From Antedon mediterranea (Eukaryota > Animalia > Echinodermata), in the NCBI RefSeq assembly GCF_964355755.1, contig NC_092675.1, forward strand, positions 12,891,812 to 12,955,811: a stretch of 64,000 nt of DNA. Reading direction: 5' to 3'. The position numbers and the translations under genes are program-made. The notes below the pieces were generated by a model. The model was not told where the DNA came from. It did no database searches and saw nothing but the letters and a program-made list of their open reading frames with translations. Shown one piece after another: positions 39,521 to 53,600 of the stretch (positions within the stretch are counted from its first letter, which is position 1; every line of letters begins with the position of its first letter).

Positions 39521-41699
39521 TGCTTAGAATCACATTATAAACCGTTTTAGACCATTTTGAGCATTTCGATAACAATTTTCACACAAAAACATCAAAGAGC
39601 ACAAAATAGCTTAATATCGTATTTAAAAATGTTTTAGACCATTTTGAGCATTTAGATAAAACTTTTTCACACAAAACACCAAAGTGCTTAGAATAGCTTC
39701 AAATCGCATTTGGAGACGTTTTAGACCATTTTGTGATTTTTGAAAAAACTTGTTAACATAAAAACACCAAAGTGCTTAGAATAGCTTCAAATCACATTTG
39801 GAGACGTTTTAGACCATTTTGTGATTTTCGAAAAAACTTGTTAACATAAAAACACGAAAGTGCTTAGAATAGCTTCAAATCGCATTTGGAAACGTTTTAG
39901 ACCATTTAGTGATTTTCGAAAAAACTTGTTAACATAAAAACACGAAAGTGCTTAGAATAGCTTCAAATCGCATTTGGAAACGTTTTAGACCATTTTGTGA
40001 TTTTCGAAAAAAATTGTTAACATAAAAACACCAAAGTGTTTAGAATAGCTTCAAATCGCATTTGGAGACGTTTTAGACCAATTTGTGATTTTCGAAAAAA
40101 CTTATCAACATAAAAACACCAAAGGGTTTAGAATAGCTTCAAATCGCATTTGGAGACGTTTTAGACCATTTTGTGATTTTCGAAAAAACTTGTTAACATA
40201 AAAACATGAAAGTGCTTAGAATAGCTTCAAATCGTATTTGGAGACGTTTTAGACCATTTTGTGATTTTCGAAAAAACTTGTTAACATAAAAACACCAAAG
40301 TGCTTAGAATAGCTTCAAATCGCATTTGGAGACGTTTTAGACCATTTTGTGCATTTCGATGAAACTTGGTTACACAAAAACATCAAAGTGCTTAAAATCA
40401 CATTATAAACCATTTTAGACCATTTTGAGCATTTCGATAACACTTTTCACACAAAAACATCAAAGAGCACAAAATAGCTTAATATCGTATTTAAAAACGT
40501 TTTAGACCATTTTGAGCATTTCGACAAAACTTTTTCACACAAAACACCAAAGTGCTTAGAATAGCTTCAAATCGCATTTGGAGACGTTTTAGACCATTTT
40601 GTGATTTTCGAAAAAACTTGTTAACATAAAAACATCAAAGTGTACAGAATAACTTCAAATCGCATTTGGAGACCTTTTTAGGCCAATTTGTGATTTTCAA
40701 AAAAACTTGTTAACATAAAAACACCAAAGTGCTTAGAATAGCTTCAAATCGTATTTGGAGACATTTTAGACCAATTTGTGATTTTCGAAAAAAACTTGTC
40801 AACATAAAAACACCAAAGTGTTTAGAATAGCTTCAAATCGCATTTGGAGACGTTTTAGACCAATTTGTGATTTTCGAAAAAACTTATCAACATAAAAACA
40901 CCAAAGGGTTTAGAATAGCTTCAAATCGCATTTTGAGACGTTTTAGACCATTTTGTGATTTTCGAAAAAACTTGTTAACATAAAAACACGAAAATGCTTA
41001 GAATAGCTTCAAATCGCATTTGGAAACGTTTTATTCCATTTTGTGATTTTCGAAAAAAATTGTTAACATAAAAACACCAAAGTGCTTAGAATCACATTAT
41101 AAACCGTTTTAGACCATTTTGAGCATTTCGATAACAATTTTCACACAAAAATATCAAAGAGCACAAAGTAGCTTAATATCGTATTTAAAAATGTTTTAGA
41201 CCATTTTGAGCATTTAGATAAAACTTTTTCACACAAAACACCAAAGTGCTTAGAATAGCTTCAAATCGGATTTGGAGACGTTTTAGACCATTTTGTGATT
41301 TTTGAAAAAACTTGTTAACATAAAAACACCAAAGTGCTTAGAATAGCTTCAAATCACATTTGGAGACGTTTTAGACCATTTTGTGATTTTCGAAAAAAAC
41401 TTGTCAACATAAAAACACCAAAGTGTTTAGAATAGCTTCAAATCGCATTTGGAAACGTTTTAGACCATTTAGTGATTTTCGAAAAAACTTGTTAACATAA
41501 AAACACGAAAGTGCTTAGAATAGCTTCAAATCGCATTTGGAAACGTTTTAGACCATTTTGTGATTTTCGAAAAAAATTGTTAACATAAAAACATGAAAGT
41601 GCTTAGAATAGCTTCAAATCGTATTTGGAGACGTTTTAGACCATTTTGTGATTTTCGAAAAAACTTGTTAAACATAAAAACACCAAAGTGCTTAGAATA

Positions 41700-43560
41700 G
41701 CTTCAAATCGCATTTGGAGACGTTTTAGACCATTTTTTGCATTTCGATGAAACTTGGTTACACAAAAACATCAAAGTGCTTAAAATCACATTATAAACCA
41801 TTTTAGACCATTTTGAGTATTTCGATAACACTTTTCACACAAAAACATCAAAGAGCACAAAATAGCTTAATATCGTATTTAAAAACGTTTTAGACCATTT
41901 TGAGCATTTCGACAAAACTTTTTCACACAAAACACAAAAGTGCTTAGAATAGCTTCAAATCGCATTTGGAGACGTTTTAGACCATTTTGTGATTTTCGAA
42001 AAAACTTGTTAACATAAAAACATCAAAGTGTACAGAATAACTTCAAATCGCATTTGGAGACCGTTTTAGGCCAATTTGTGATTTTCGAAAAAACTTGTTA
42101 ACCTAAAAATACCAAAGTGTTTAGAATAGCTTCAAATCGCATTTGGAGACGTTTTAGACCATTTTGTAATTTTCGAAAAAAATTGTTAACATAAAAACAC
42201 CAAAGTGCTTCAAATCGCATTTGGAGACATTTTAGACCAATTTGTGATTTTTGAAAAAACTTGTTAACATAAAAACACCAAAGTGCTTACAATAGCTTCA
42301 AATCGTATTTGGAGACGTTTTAGACCATTTTGTGATTTTCGAAAAAACTTGTTAACATAAAAACACGAAAGTACTTAGAATAGCTTCAAATCGCATTTGG
42401 AGACGTTTTAGACCATTTTATGCATTTCGATGAAACTTGGTTACACAAAAACATCAAAGTGCTTAAAATCACATTATAAACCATTTTAGACCATTTTGAG
42501 TATTTCGATAACACTTTTCACACAAAAACATCAAAGAGCACAAAATAGCTTAATATCGTATTTAAAAACGTTTTAGACCATTTTGAGCATTTCGACAAAA
42601 CTTTTTCACACAAAACACCAAAGTGCTTAGAATAGCTTCAAATCGCATTTGGAGACGTTTTAGACCATTTTGTGATTTTCGAAAAAACTTGTTAACATAA
42701 AAACATCAAAGTGTACAGAATAACTTCAAATCGCATTTGGAGACCGTTTTAGGCCAATTTGTGATTTTCGAAAAAACTTGTTAACCTAAAAATACCAAAG
42801 TGTTTAGAATAGCTTCAAATCGCATTTGGAGACGTTTTAGACCATTTTGTGATTTTCGAAAAAACTTGTTAACATAAAAACACCAAAGTGCTTCAAATCG
42901 CATTTGGAGACATTTTAGACCAATTTGTGATTTTTGAAAAAACTTGTTAACATAAAAACACCAAAGTGCTTACAATAGCTTCAAATCGTATTTGGAGACG
43001 TTTTAGACCATTTTGTGATTTTCGAAAAAACTTGTTAACATAAAAACACGAAAGTACTTAGAATAGCTTCAAATCGCATTTGGAGACGTTTTAGACCATT
43101 TTATGCATTTCGATGAAACTTGGTTACACAAAAACATCAAAGTGCTTAAAATCACATTATAATCCGTTTTAGACCATTTTGAGCATTTCGATAACACTTT
43201 TCACACAAAAACATCAAAGAGCACAAAATAGCTTAATATCGTATTTAAAAACGTTTTAGACCATTTTGAGCATTTCGACAAAACTTTTTCACACAAAACA
43301 CCAAAGTGCTTAGAATAGCTTCAAATCGCATTGTGAGACGTTTTAGACCATTTTGTGATTTTCGAAAAAAATTGTTAACATAAAAACATCAAAGTGTACA
43401 GAATAGCTTCAAATCGCATTTGGAGACCGTTTTAGGGCAATTTGTGATTTTCGAAAAAACTTGTTAACCTAAAAATACCAAAGTGTTTAGAATAGCTTCA
43501 AATCGCATTTGGAGACGTTTTAGACCATTTTGTGATTTTCGAAAAAACTTGTTAACATCA
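41700..43560 (+). repeat. Higher-order repeat of 683 bp (6A+B+C), about 2.5-3 copies
   Basis: The rare variant GTGTACAGAATA occurs at 42028, 42711 and 43394 (period 683 = 6x88 - 10 + 1 + 77 + 87). Boundaries approximate. Confidence 0.85.
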
Positions 43561-46500
43561 AAACACCAAAGTGCTTAGAATAGCTTCAAATCGCATTTGG
43601 AGACATTTTAGACCAATTTGTGATTTTCGAAAAAACTTGTCAACATAAAAACACCAAAGTGTTTAGAATAGCTTCAAATCGCATTTGGAGACGTTTTAGA
43701 CCAATTTGTGATTTACGAAAAAACTTATCAACATAAAAACACCAAAGGGTTTAGAATAGCTTCAAATCGCATTTTGAGACGTTTTAGACCATTTTGTGAT
43801 TTTCGAAAAAACTTGTTAACATAAAAACACGAAAGTGCTTAGAATAGCTTCAAATCGCATTTGGAAACGTTTTAGACCATTTTGTGATTTTCGAAAAAGA
43901 TTGTTAACATAAAAACACCAATGTGCTTAGAATCACATTATAAACCGTTTTAGACCATTTTGAGCATTTCGATAACAATTTTCACACAAAAACATCAAAG
44001 AGCACAAAATAGCTTAATATCGTATTTAAAAATGTTTTAGACCATTTTGAGCATTTAGATTAAACTTTTTCACACAAAACACCAAAGTGCTTAGAATAGC
44101 TTCAAATCGAATTTGGAGACGGTTTAGACCATTTTGTGATTTTGAAAAAACTTGTTAACATAAAAACACCAAAGTGCTTAGAATAGCTTCAAATTGCATT
44201 TGGAGACGTTTTAGACCATTTTGTGATTTTCGAAAAAACTTGTTAACATAAAAACACCAAAGTGCTTAGAATAGCTTAAAATCGTATTTGGAGACGTTTT
44301 AGACCATTTTGAGATTTTCGAAAAAACTTGGTTACACAAAAACATCAAAGTGCTTAAAATCACATTATAAACCGTTTTAGACCATTTTGAGCATTTCGAT
44401 AACACTTTTCACACAAAAACATCAAAGAGCACAAAATAGCTTAATATCGTATTTAAAAACGTTTTAGACCATTTTGAGCATTTCGACAAAACTTTTTCAC
44501 ACAAAACACCAAAGTGCTTAGAATAGCTTCAAATCGCATTTGGAGACGTTTTAGACCAATTTGTGCATTTCGATGAAACTTGATTACACAAAAACATCAA
44601 AGTGCTTAAAATCACATTATAAACCGTTTTAGACCATTTTGAGCATTTCGATAACACTTTTCACACAAAAACATCAAAGAGCACAAAATAGCTTAATATC
44701 GTATTTAAAAACGTTTTAGACCATTTTGAGCATTTAGAAAAAACTTTTTCACACAAAACACCCAAGTGCTTAGAATAGCTTCAAATCGCATTTGAAGACG
44801 TTTTAGACCATTTTGTGATTTTTGAAAAAACTTGTTAACATAAAAACACCAAAGTGCTTAGAATAGCTTCAAATCACATTTGGAGACGTTTTAGACCATT
44901 TTGTGATTTTCGAAAAAACTTGTTAACATAAAAACACGAAAGTGCTTAGAATAGCTTCAAATCGCATTTGGAAACGTTTTAGACCATTTTGTGATTTTCG
45001 AAAAAACTTGTTAACATAAAAACACGAAAGTGCTTAGAATCACATTATAAACCGTTTTAGACCATTTTGAGCATTTCGATAACAATTTTCACACAAAAAC
45101 ATCAAAGAGCACAAAATAGCTTAATATCGTATTTAAAAATGTTTTAGACCATTTTGAGCATTTAGATAAAACTTTTTCACACAAAACACCAAAGTGCTTA
45201 GAATAGCTTCAAATCGCATTTGGAGACGTTTTAGACCATTTTGTGATTTTTGAAAAAACTTGTTAACATAAAAACACCAAAGTGCTTAGAATAGCTTCAA
45301 ATCACATTTGGAGATGTTTTAGACCATTTTGTGATTTTTGTAAAAACTTGTTAACATAAAAACACGAAAGTGCTTAGAATAGCTTCAAATCACATTTGGA
45401 GACGTTTTAGACCATTTTGTGATTTTTGAAAAAACTTGTTAACATAAAAACACGAAAGTGCTTAGAATAGCTTCAAATCGCATTTGGAAACGTTTTAGAC
45501 CATTTTGTGATTTTCGAAAAAGATTGTTAACATAAAAACACCAATGTGCTTAGAATCACATTATAAACCGTTTTAGACCATTTTGAGCATTTCGATAACA
45601 ATTTTCACACAAAAACATCAAAGAGCACAAAATAACTTAATATCGTATTTATAAACGTTTTAGACCATTTTGAGCATTTCGACAAAACTTTTTCACACAA
45701 AACACCAAAGTGCTTAGAATAGCTTCAAATCGCATTTGGAGACGTTTTAGACCAATTTGTGCATTTCGATGAAACTTGATTACACAAAAACATCAACGTG
45801 CTTAAAATCACATTATAAACCGTTTTAGACCATTTTGAGCATTTCGATAACACTTTTCACACAAAAACATCAAAGAGCACAAAATAGCTTAATATCGTAT
45901 TTAAAAACGTTTTAGACCAGTTTGAGCATTTAGACAAAACTTTTTCACACAAAACACCAAAGTGCTTAGAATAGCTTCAAATCGCATTTGGAGACGTTTT
46001 AGACCATTTTGCGCATTTCGATGAAACTTGGTTACACAAAAACATCAAAGTGCTTAAAATCACATTATAAATCGTTTTAGACCATTTTGAGCATTTCGAC
46101 AAAACTTTTTCACACAAAAACACGAAAGTGCTTAGAATAGCTTCAAATCGCATTTGGAAACGTTTTAGACCATTTTGTGATTTTCGAAAAAACTTGTTAA
46201 CATAAAAACACGAAAGTGCTTAGAATAGCTTCAAATCGCATTTGGAAACGTTTTAGACCATTTTGTGATTTTCGAAAAAAATTGTTAACATAAAAACACC
46301 AAAGTGTTTAGAATAGCTTCAAATCGCATTTGGAGACGTTTTAGACCAATTTGTGATTTTCGAAAAAACTTATCAACATAAAAACACCAAAGGGTTTAGA
46401 ATAGCTTCAAATCGCATTTGGAGACGTTTTAGACCATTTTGTGATTTTGAAAAAACTTGTTAACATAAAAACACCAAAGTGCTTAGAATAGCTTCAAATC

Positions 46501-47699
46501 GCATTTGGAGACGTTTTAGACCATTTTGTGATTTTCGAAAAAACTTTTTAACATAAAAACACCAAAGTGCTTAGAATAGCTTCAAATCGTATTTGGAGAC
46601 GTTTTAGACCATTTTGAGATTTTCGAAAAAACTTGGTTACACAAAAACATCAAAGTGCTTAAAATCACATTATAAACCGTTTTAGACCATTTTGAGCATT
46701 TCGATAACACTTTTCACACAAAAACATCAAAGAGCACAAAATAGCTTAATATCGTATTTAAAAACGTTTTAGACCATTTTGAGCATTTCGACAAAACTTT
46801 TTCACACAAAACACCAAAGTGCTTAGAATAGCTTCAAATCGCATTTGGAGACGTTTTAGACCAATTTGTGCATTTCGATGAAACTTGATTACACAAAAAC
46901 ATCAAAGTGCTTAAAATCACATTATAAACCGTTTTAGACCATTTTGAGCATTTCGATAACACTTTTCACACAAAAACATCAAAGAGCACAAAATAGCTTA
47001 ATATCGTATTTAAAAACGTTTTAGACCATTTTGAGCATTTAGACAAAACTTTTTCACACAAAACACCAAAGTGCTTAGAATAGCTTCAAATCGCATTTGG
47101 AGACGTTTTAGACCATTTTGTGCATTTCGATGAAACTTGGTTACACAAAAACATCAAAGTGCTTAAAATCACATTATAAATCGTTTTAGACGATTTTGAG
47201 CATTTAGATAAAACTTTTTCACACAAAACACCAAAGTGCTTAGAATAGCTTCAAATCGCATTTGGAGACGTTTTAGACCATTTTGTGATTTTTGAAAAAA
47301 CTTGTTAACATAAAAACACCAAAGTGCTTAGAATAGCTTCAAATCACATTTGGAGATGTTTTAGACCATTTTGTGATTTTCGAAAAAACTTGTTAACATA
47401 AAAACACGAAAGTGCTTAGAATAGCTTCAAATCGCATTTGGAAATGTTTTAGACCATTTTGTGATTTTCGAAAAAGATTGTTAACATAAAAACACCAATG
47501 TGCTTAGAATCACATTATAAACCGTTTTAGACCATTTTGAGCATTTCGATAACAATTTTCACACAAAAACATCAAAGAGCACAAAATAGCTTAACATCGT
47601 ATTTATAAATGTTTTAGACCATTTTGAGCATTTCGACAAAACTTTTTCACACAAAACACCAAAGTGCTTAGAATAGCTTCAAATCGCATTTGGAGACGT

Positions 47700-50600
47700 T
47701 TTTTATACCATTTTGTGATTTCGATGAAACTTGATTACACAAAAACATCAAAGTGCTTAAAATCACATTATAAACCGTTTTAGACCATTTTGAGCATTTC
47801 GATAACACTTTTCACACAAAAACATCAAAGAGCACAAAATAGCTTAATATCGTATTTAAAAACGTTTTAGACCATTTTTTGCATTTAGACAAAACTTTTT
47901 CACACAAAACACCAAAGTGCTTAGAATAGCTTCAAATCGCATTTGGAGACGTTTTAGAACATTTTGTGTTTTTCGAAAAAAACTGTTAACATAAAAACAC
48001 CAAAGTGCTTAGAATAGCTTCAAATCGCATTTGGAGACGTTTTAGAACATTTTGTGTTCTTCGAAAAAACCTGTTAACATAAAAACACCAAAGTGCTTAG
48101 AATAGCTTCAAATCGCATTTGGAGACGTTTTAGACCATTTTGTGATTTTCGAAAAAACTTGTTAACATAAAAACACGAAAGTGCTTAGAATAGCTTCAAA
48201 TCGCATTTGGAGACGTTTTAGACCATTTTGTGATTTTCGAAAAAACATGTTAACATAAAAACACCAAAGTGCTTAGAATAGCTTCAAATCGTATTTGGAG
48301 ACGTTTTAGACCATTTTGAGATTTTCGAAAAAACTTGGTTACACAAAAACATCAAAGTGCTTAAAATCACATTATAAACCGTTTTAGACCATTTTGAGAA
48401 TTTCGATAACACTTTTCACACAAAAACATCAAAGAGCACAAAATAGCTTAATATCGTATTTAAAAACGTTTTAGACCATTTTGAGCATTTCGACAAAACT
48501 TTTTCACACAAAACACCAAAGTGCTTAGAATAGCTTCAAATCGCATTTGGAGACGTTTTAGACCAATTTGTGCATTTCGATGACACTTGATTACACAAAA
48601 ACATCAAAGTGCTTAAAATCACATTATAAACCGTTTTAGACCATTTTGAGCATTTCGATAACACTTTTCACACAAAAACATCAAAGAGCACAAAATAGCT
48701 TAATATCGTATTTAAAAACGTTTTAGACCATTTTGAGCATTTAGACAAAACTTTTTCACACAAAACACCAAAGTGCTTAGAATAGCTTCAAATCGCATTT
48801 GGAGACGTTTTAGACCATTTTGTGCATTTCGATGAAACTTGGTTACACAAAAACATCAAAGTGCTTAAAATCACATTATAAATCGTTTTAGACCATTTTG
48901 AGCATTTCGACAAAACTTTTTCACACAAAATACAAAAGTGCTTAGAATAGCTTCAAATCGCATTTCGAGACGTTTTAGACCATTTTGTGATTTTCGAAAA
49001 AACTTTTTAACATAAAAACACCAAAGTGCTTAGAATAGCTTCAAATCACATTTGGAGACGTTTTAGACCATTTTGTGATTTTCGAAAAAACTTGTTAACA
49101 TAAAAACACGAAAGTGCTTAGAATAGCTTCAAATCGCATTTAGAAACGTTTTAGACCATTTTGTGATTTTCGAAAAAAATTGTTAACATAAAAACACCAA
49201 AGTGCTTAGAATCACATTATAAACCGTTTTAGACCATTTTGAGCATTTCGATAACAATTTTCACACAAAAACATCAAAGAGCACAAAATAGCTTAATATC
49301 GTATTTAAAAATGTTTTAGACCATTTTGAGCATTTAGATAAAACTTTTTCACACAAAACACCAAAGTGCTTAGAATAGCTTCAAATCGCATTTGGAGACG
49401 TTTTAGACCATTTTGTGATTTTTGAAAAAACTTGTTAACATAAAAACACCAAAGTGCTTAGAATAGCTTCAAATCACATTTGGAGACGTTTTAGACCATT
49501 TTGTGATTTTCGAAAAAACTTGTTAACATAAAAACACGAAAGTGCTTAGAATAGCTTCAAATCGCATTTGGAAACGTTTTAGACCATTTTGTGATTTTCG
49601 AAAAAAATTGTTAACATAAAAACACCAAAGTGCTTAGAATCACATTATAAACCGTTTTAGACCATTTTGAGCATTTCGATAACAATTTTCACACAAAAAC
49701 ATCAAAGAGCACAAAATAGCTTAATATCGTATTTAAAAATGTTTTAGACCATTTTGAGCATTTAGATAAAACTTTTTCACACAAAACACCAAAGTGCTTA
49801 GAATAGCTTCAAATCGCATTTGGAGACGTTTTAGACCATTTTGTGATTTTTGAAAAAACTTGTTAACATAAAAACACGAAAGTGCTTAGAATAGCTTCAA
49901 ATCGCATTTGGAAACGTTTTAGACCATTTTGTGATTTTCGAAAAAACTTGTTAACATAAAAACACGAAAGTGCTTAGAATAGCTTCAAATCGCATTTGGA
50001 AACGTTTTAGACCATTTTGTGATTTTCGAAAAAACTTGTTAACATAAAAACACCAAAGTGCTTAGAATAGCTTCAAATCACATTTGGAGACGTTTTAGAC
50101 CATTTTGTGATTTTCGAAAAAACTTATCAACATAAAAACACCAAAGGGTTTAGAATAGCTTCAAATCGCATTTGGAGACGTTTTAGACCATTTTGTGATT
50201 TTGAAAAAACTTGTTAACATAAAAACACCAAAGTGCTTAGAATAGCTTCAAATCGCATTTGGAGACGTTTTAGACTATTTTGTGATTTTCGAAAAAACTT
50301 GTTAACATAAAAACACCAAAGTGCTTAGAATAGCTTCAAATCGTATTTGGAGACGTTTTAGACCATTTTGAGATTTTCGAAAAAACTTGGTTACACAAAA
50401 ACATCAAAGTGCTTAAAATCACATTATAAACCGTTTTAGACCATTTTGAGCATTTCGATAACACTTTTCACACAAAAACATCAAAGAGCACAAAATAGCT
50501 TAATATCGTATTTAAAAACGTTTTAGACCATTTTGAGCATTTCGACAAAACTTTTTCACACAAAACACCAAAGTGCTTAGAATAGCTTCAAATCGCATTT

Positions 50601-53600
50601 GGAGACGTTTTAGACCAATTTGTGCATTTCGATGAAACTTGATTACACATAAACATCAAAGTGCTTAAAATCACATTATAAACCGTTTTAGACCATTTTG
50701 AGCATTTCGATAACACTTTTCACACAAAAACATCAAAGAGCACAAAATAGCTTAATATCGTATTTAAAAACGTTTTAGACCATTTTGAGCATTTAGACAA
50801 AACTTTTTCACACAAAACACCAAAGTGCTTAGAATAGCTTCAAATCGCATTTGGAGACGTTTTAGACCATTTTGTGCATTTCGATGAAACTTGGTTACAC
50901 AAAAACATCAAAGTGCTTAAAATCACATTATAAATCGTTTTAGACCATTTTGAGCATTTCGACAAAACTTTTTCACACAAAATACCAAAGTGCTTAGAAT
51001 AGCTTCAAATCGCATTTAGAGACGTTTTAGACCATTTTGTGATTTTCGAAAAAACTTTTTAACATAAAAACACCAAAGTGCTTAGAATAGCTTCAAATCA
51101 CATTTGGAGACATTTTAGACCATTTTGTGATTTTCGAAAAAACTTGTTAACATAAAAACACGAAAGTGCTTAGAATAGCTTCAAATCGCATTTGGAAACG
51201 TTTTAGACCATTTTGTGATTTTCGAAAAAAATTGTTAACATAAAAACACCAAAGTGCTTAGAATCACATTATAAACCGTTTTAGACCATTTTGAGCATTT
51301 CGATAACAATTTTCACACAAAAACATCAAAGAGCACAAAATAGCTTAATATCGTATTTAAAAATGTTTTAGACCATTTTGAGCATTTAGATAAAACTTTT
51401 TCACACAAAACACCAAAGTGCTTAGAATAGCTTCAAATCGCATTTGGAGACGTTTTAGACCATTTTGTGATTTTTGAAAAAACTTGTTAACATAAAAACA
51501 CCAAAGTGCTTAGAATAGCTTCAAATCACATTTGGAGACGTTTTAGACCATTTTGTGATTTTCGAAAAAACTTGTTAACATAAAAACACGAAAGTGCTTA
51601 GAATAGCTTCAAATCGCATTTGGAAACGTTTTAGACCATTTTGTGATTTTCGAAAAAACTTGTTAACATAAAAACACGAAAGTGCTTAGAATAGCTTCAA
51701 ATCGCATTTGGAAACGTTTTAGACCATTTTGTGATTTTCAAAAAAACTTGTTAACATAAAAACACGAAAGTGCTTAGAATAGCTTCAAATCGCATTTGGA
51801 AACGTTTTAGACCATTTTGTGATTTTCGAAAAAAATTGTTAACATAAAAACACCAAAGTGTTTAGAATAGCTTCAAATCGCATTTGGAGACGTTTTAGAC
51901 CAATTTGTGATTTTCGAAAAAACTTATCAACATAAAAACACCAAAGGGTTTAGAATAGCTTCAAATCGCATTTGGAGACGTTTTAGACCATTTTGTGATT
52001 TTTAAAAAACTTGTTAACATAAAAACACCAAAGTGCTTAGAATAGCTTCAAATCGCATTTGGAGACATTTTAGACCATTTTGTGATTTTCGAAAAAACTT
52101 GTTAACATAAAAACACCAAAGTGCTTAGAATAGCTTCAAATCGTATTTGGAAACGTTTTAGACCATTTTGAGATTTTCGAAAAAACTTGGTTACACAAAA
52201 ACATCAAAGTGCTTAAAATCACATTATAAACCGTTTTAGACCATTTTGAGCATTTCGGTAACACTTTTCACACAAAAACATCAAAGAGCACAAAATAGCT
52301 TAATATCGTATTTAAAAACGTTTTAGACCATTTTGAGCATTTAGACAAAACTTTTTCACACAAAACACCAAAGTGCTTAGAATAGCTTCAAATCGCATTT
52401 GGAGACGTTTTAGACCATTTTGTGCATTTCGATGAAACTTGGTTACACAAAAACATCAAAGTGCTTAAAATCACATTATAAATCGTTTTAGACCATTTTG
52501 AGCATTTCGACAAAACTTTTTCACACAAAATACCAAAGTGCTTAGAATAGCTTCAAATCGCATTTGGAGACGTTTTAGACCATTTTGTGATTTTCGAAAA
52601 AACTTTTTAACATAAAAACACCAAAGTGCTTAGAATAGCTTCAAATCACATTTGGAGACGTTTTAGACCATAAGTGCTTAGAATCACATTATAAACCGTT
52701 TTAGACCATTTTGAGCATTTCGATAACAATTTTCACACAAAAACATCAAAGAGCACAAAATAGCTTAATATCGTATTTAAAAATGTTTTAGACCATTTTG
52801 AGCATTTAGATAAAACTTTTTCACACAAAACACCAAAGTGCTTAGAATAGCTTCAAATCGCATTTGGAGACGTTTTAGACCATTTTGTGATTTTTGAAAA
52901 AACTTGTTAACATAAAAACACCAAAGTGTTTAGAATAGCTTCAAATCACATTTGGAGACGTTTTAGACCATTTTGTGATTTTCGAAAAAACTTGTTAACA
53001 TAAAAACACGAAAGTGCTTAGAATAGCTTCAAATCGCATTTGGAAACGTTTTAGACCATTTTGTGATTTTCGAAAAAACTTGTTAACATAAAAACATGAA
53101 AGTGCTTAGAATAGCTTCAAATCGTATTTGGAGACGTTTTAGACCATTTTGTAATTTTCGAAAAAACTTGTTAACATAAAAACACCAATGTGCTTAGAAT
53201 AGCTTCAAATCGCATTTTGAGACGTTTTTTATACCATTTTGTGATTTCGATGAAAATTGATTACACAAAAACATCAAAGTGCTTAAAATCACATTATAAA
53301 CCGTTTTAGACCATTTTGAGCATTTCGATAACACTTTTCACACAAAAACATCAAAGAGCACAAAATAGCTTAATATCGTATTTAAAAACGTTTTAGACCA
53401 TTTTGAGCATTTAGACAAAACTTTTTCACACAAAACACCAAAGTGCTTAGAATAGCTTCAAATCGCATTTGGAGACGTTTTAGAACATTTTGTGTTTTTC
53501 GAAAAAAACTGTTAACATAAAAACACCAAAGTGCTTAGAATAGCTTCAAATCGCATTTGGAGACGTTTTAGAACATTTTGTGTTCTTCGAAAAAACCTGT

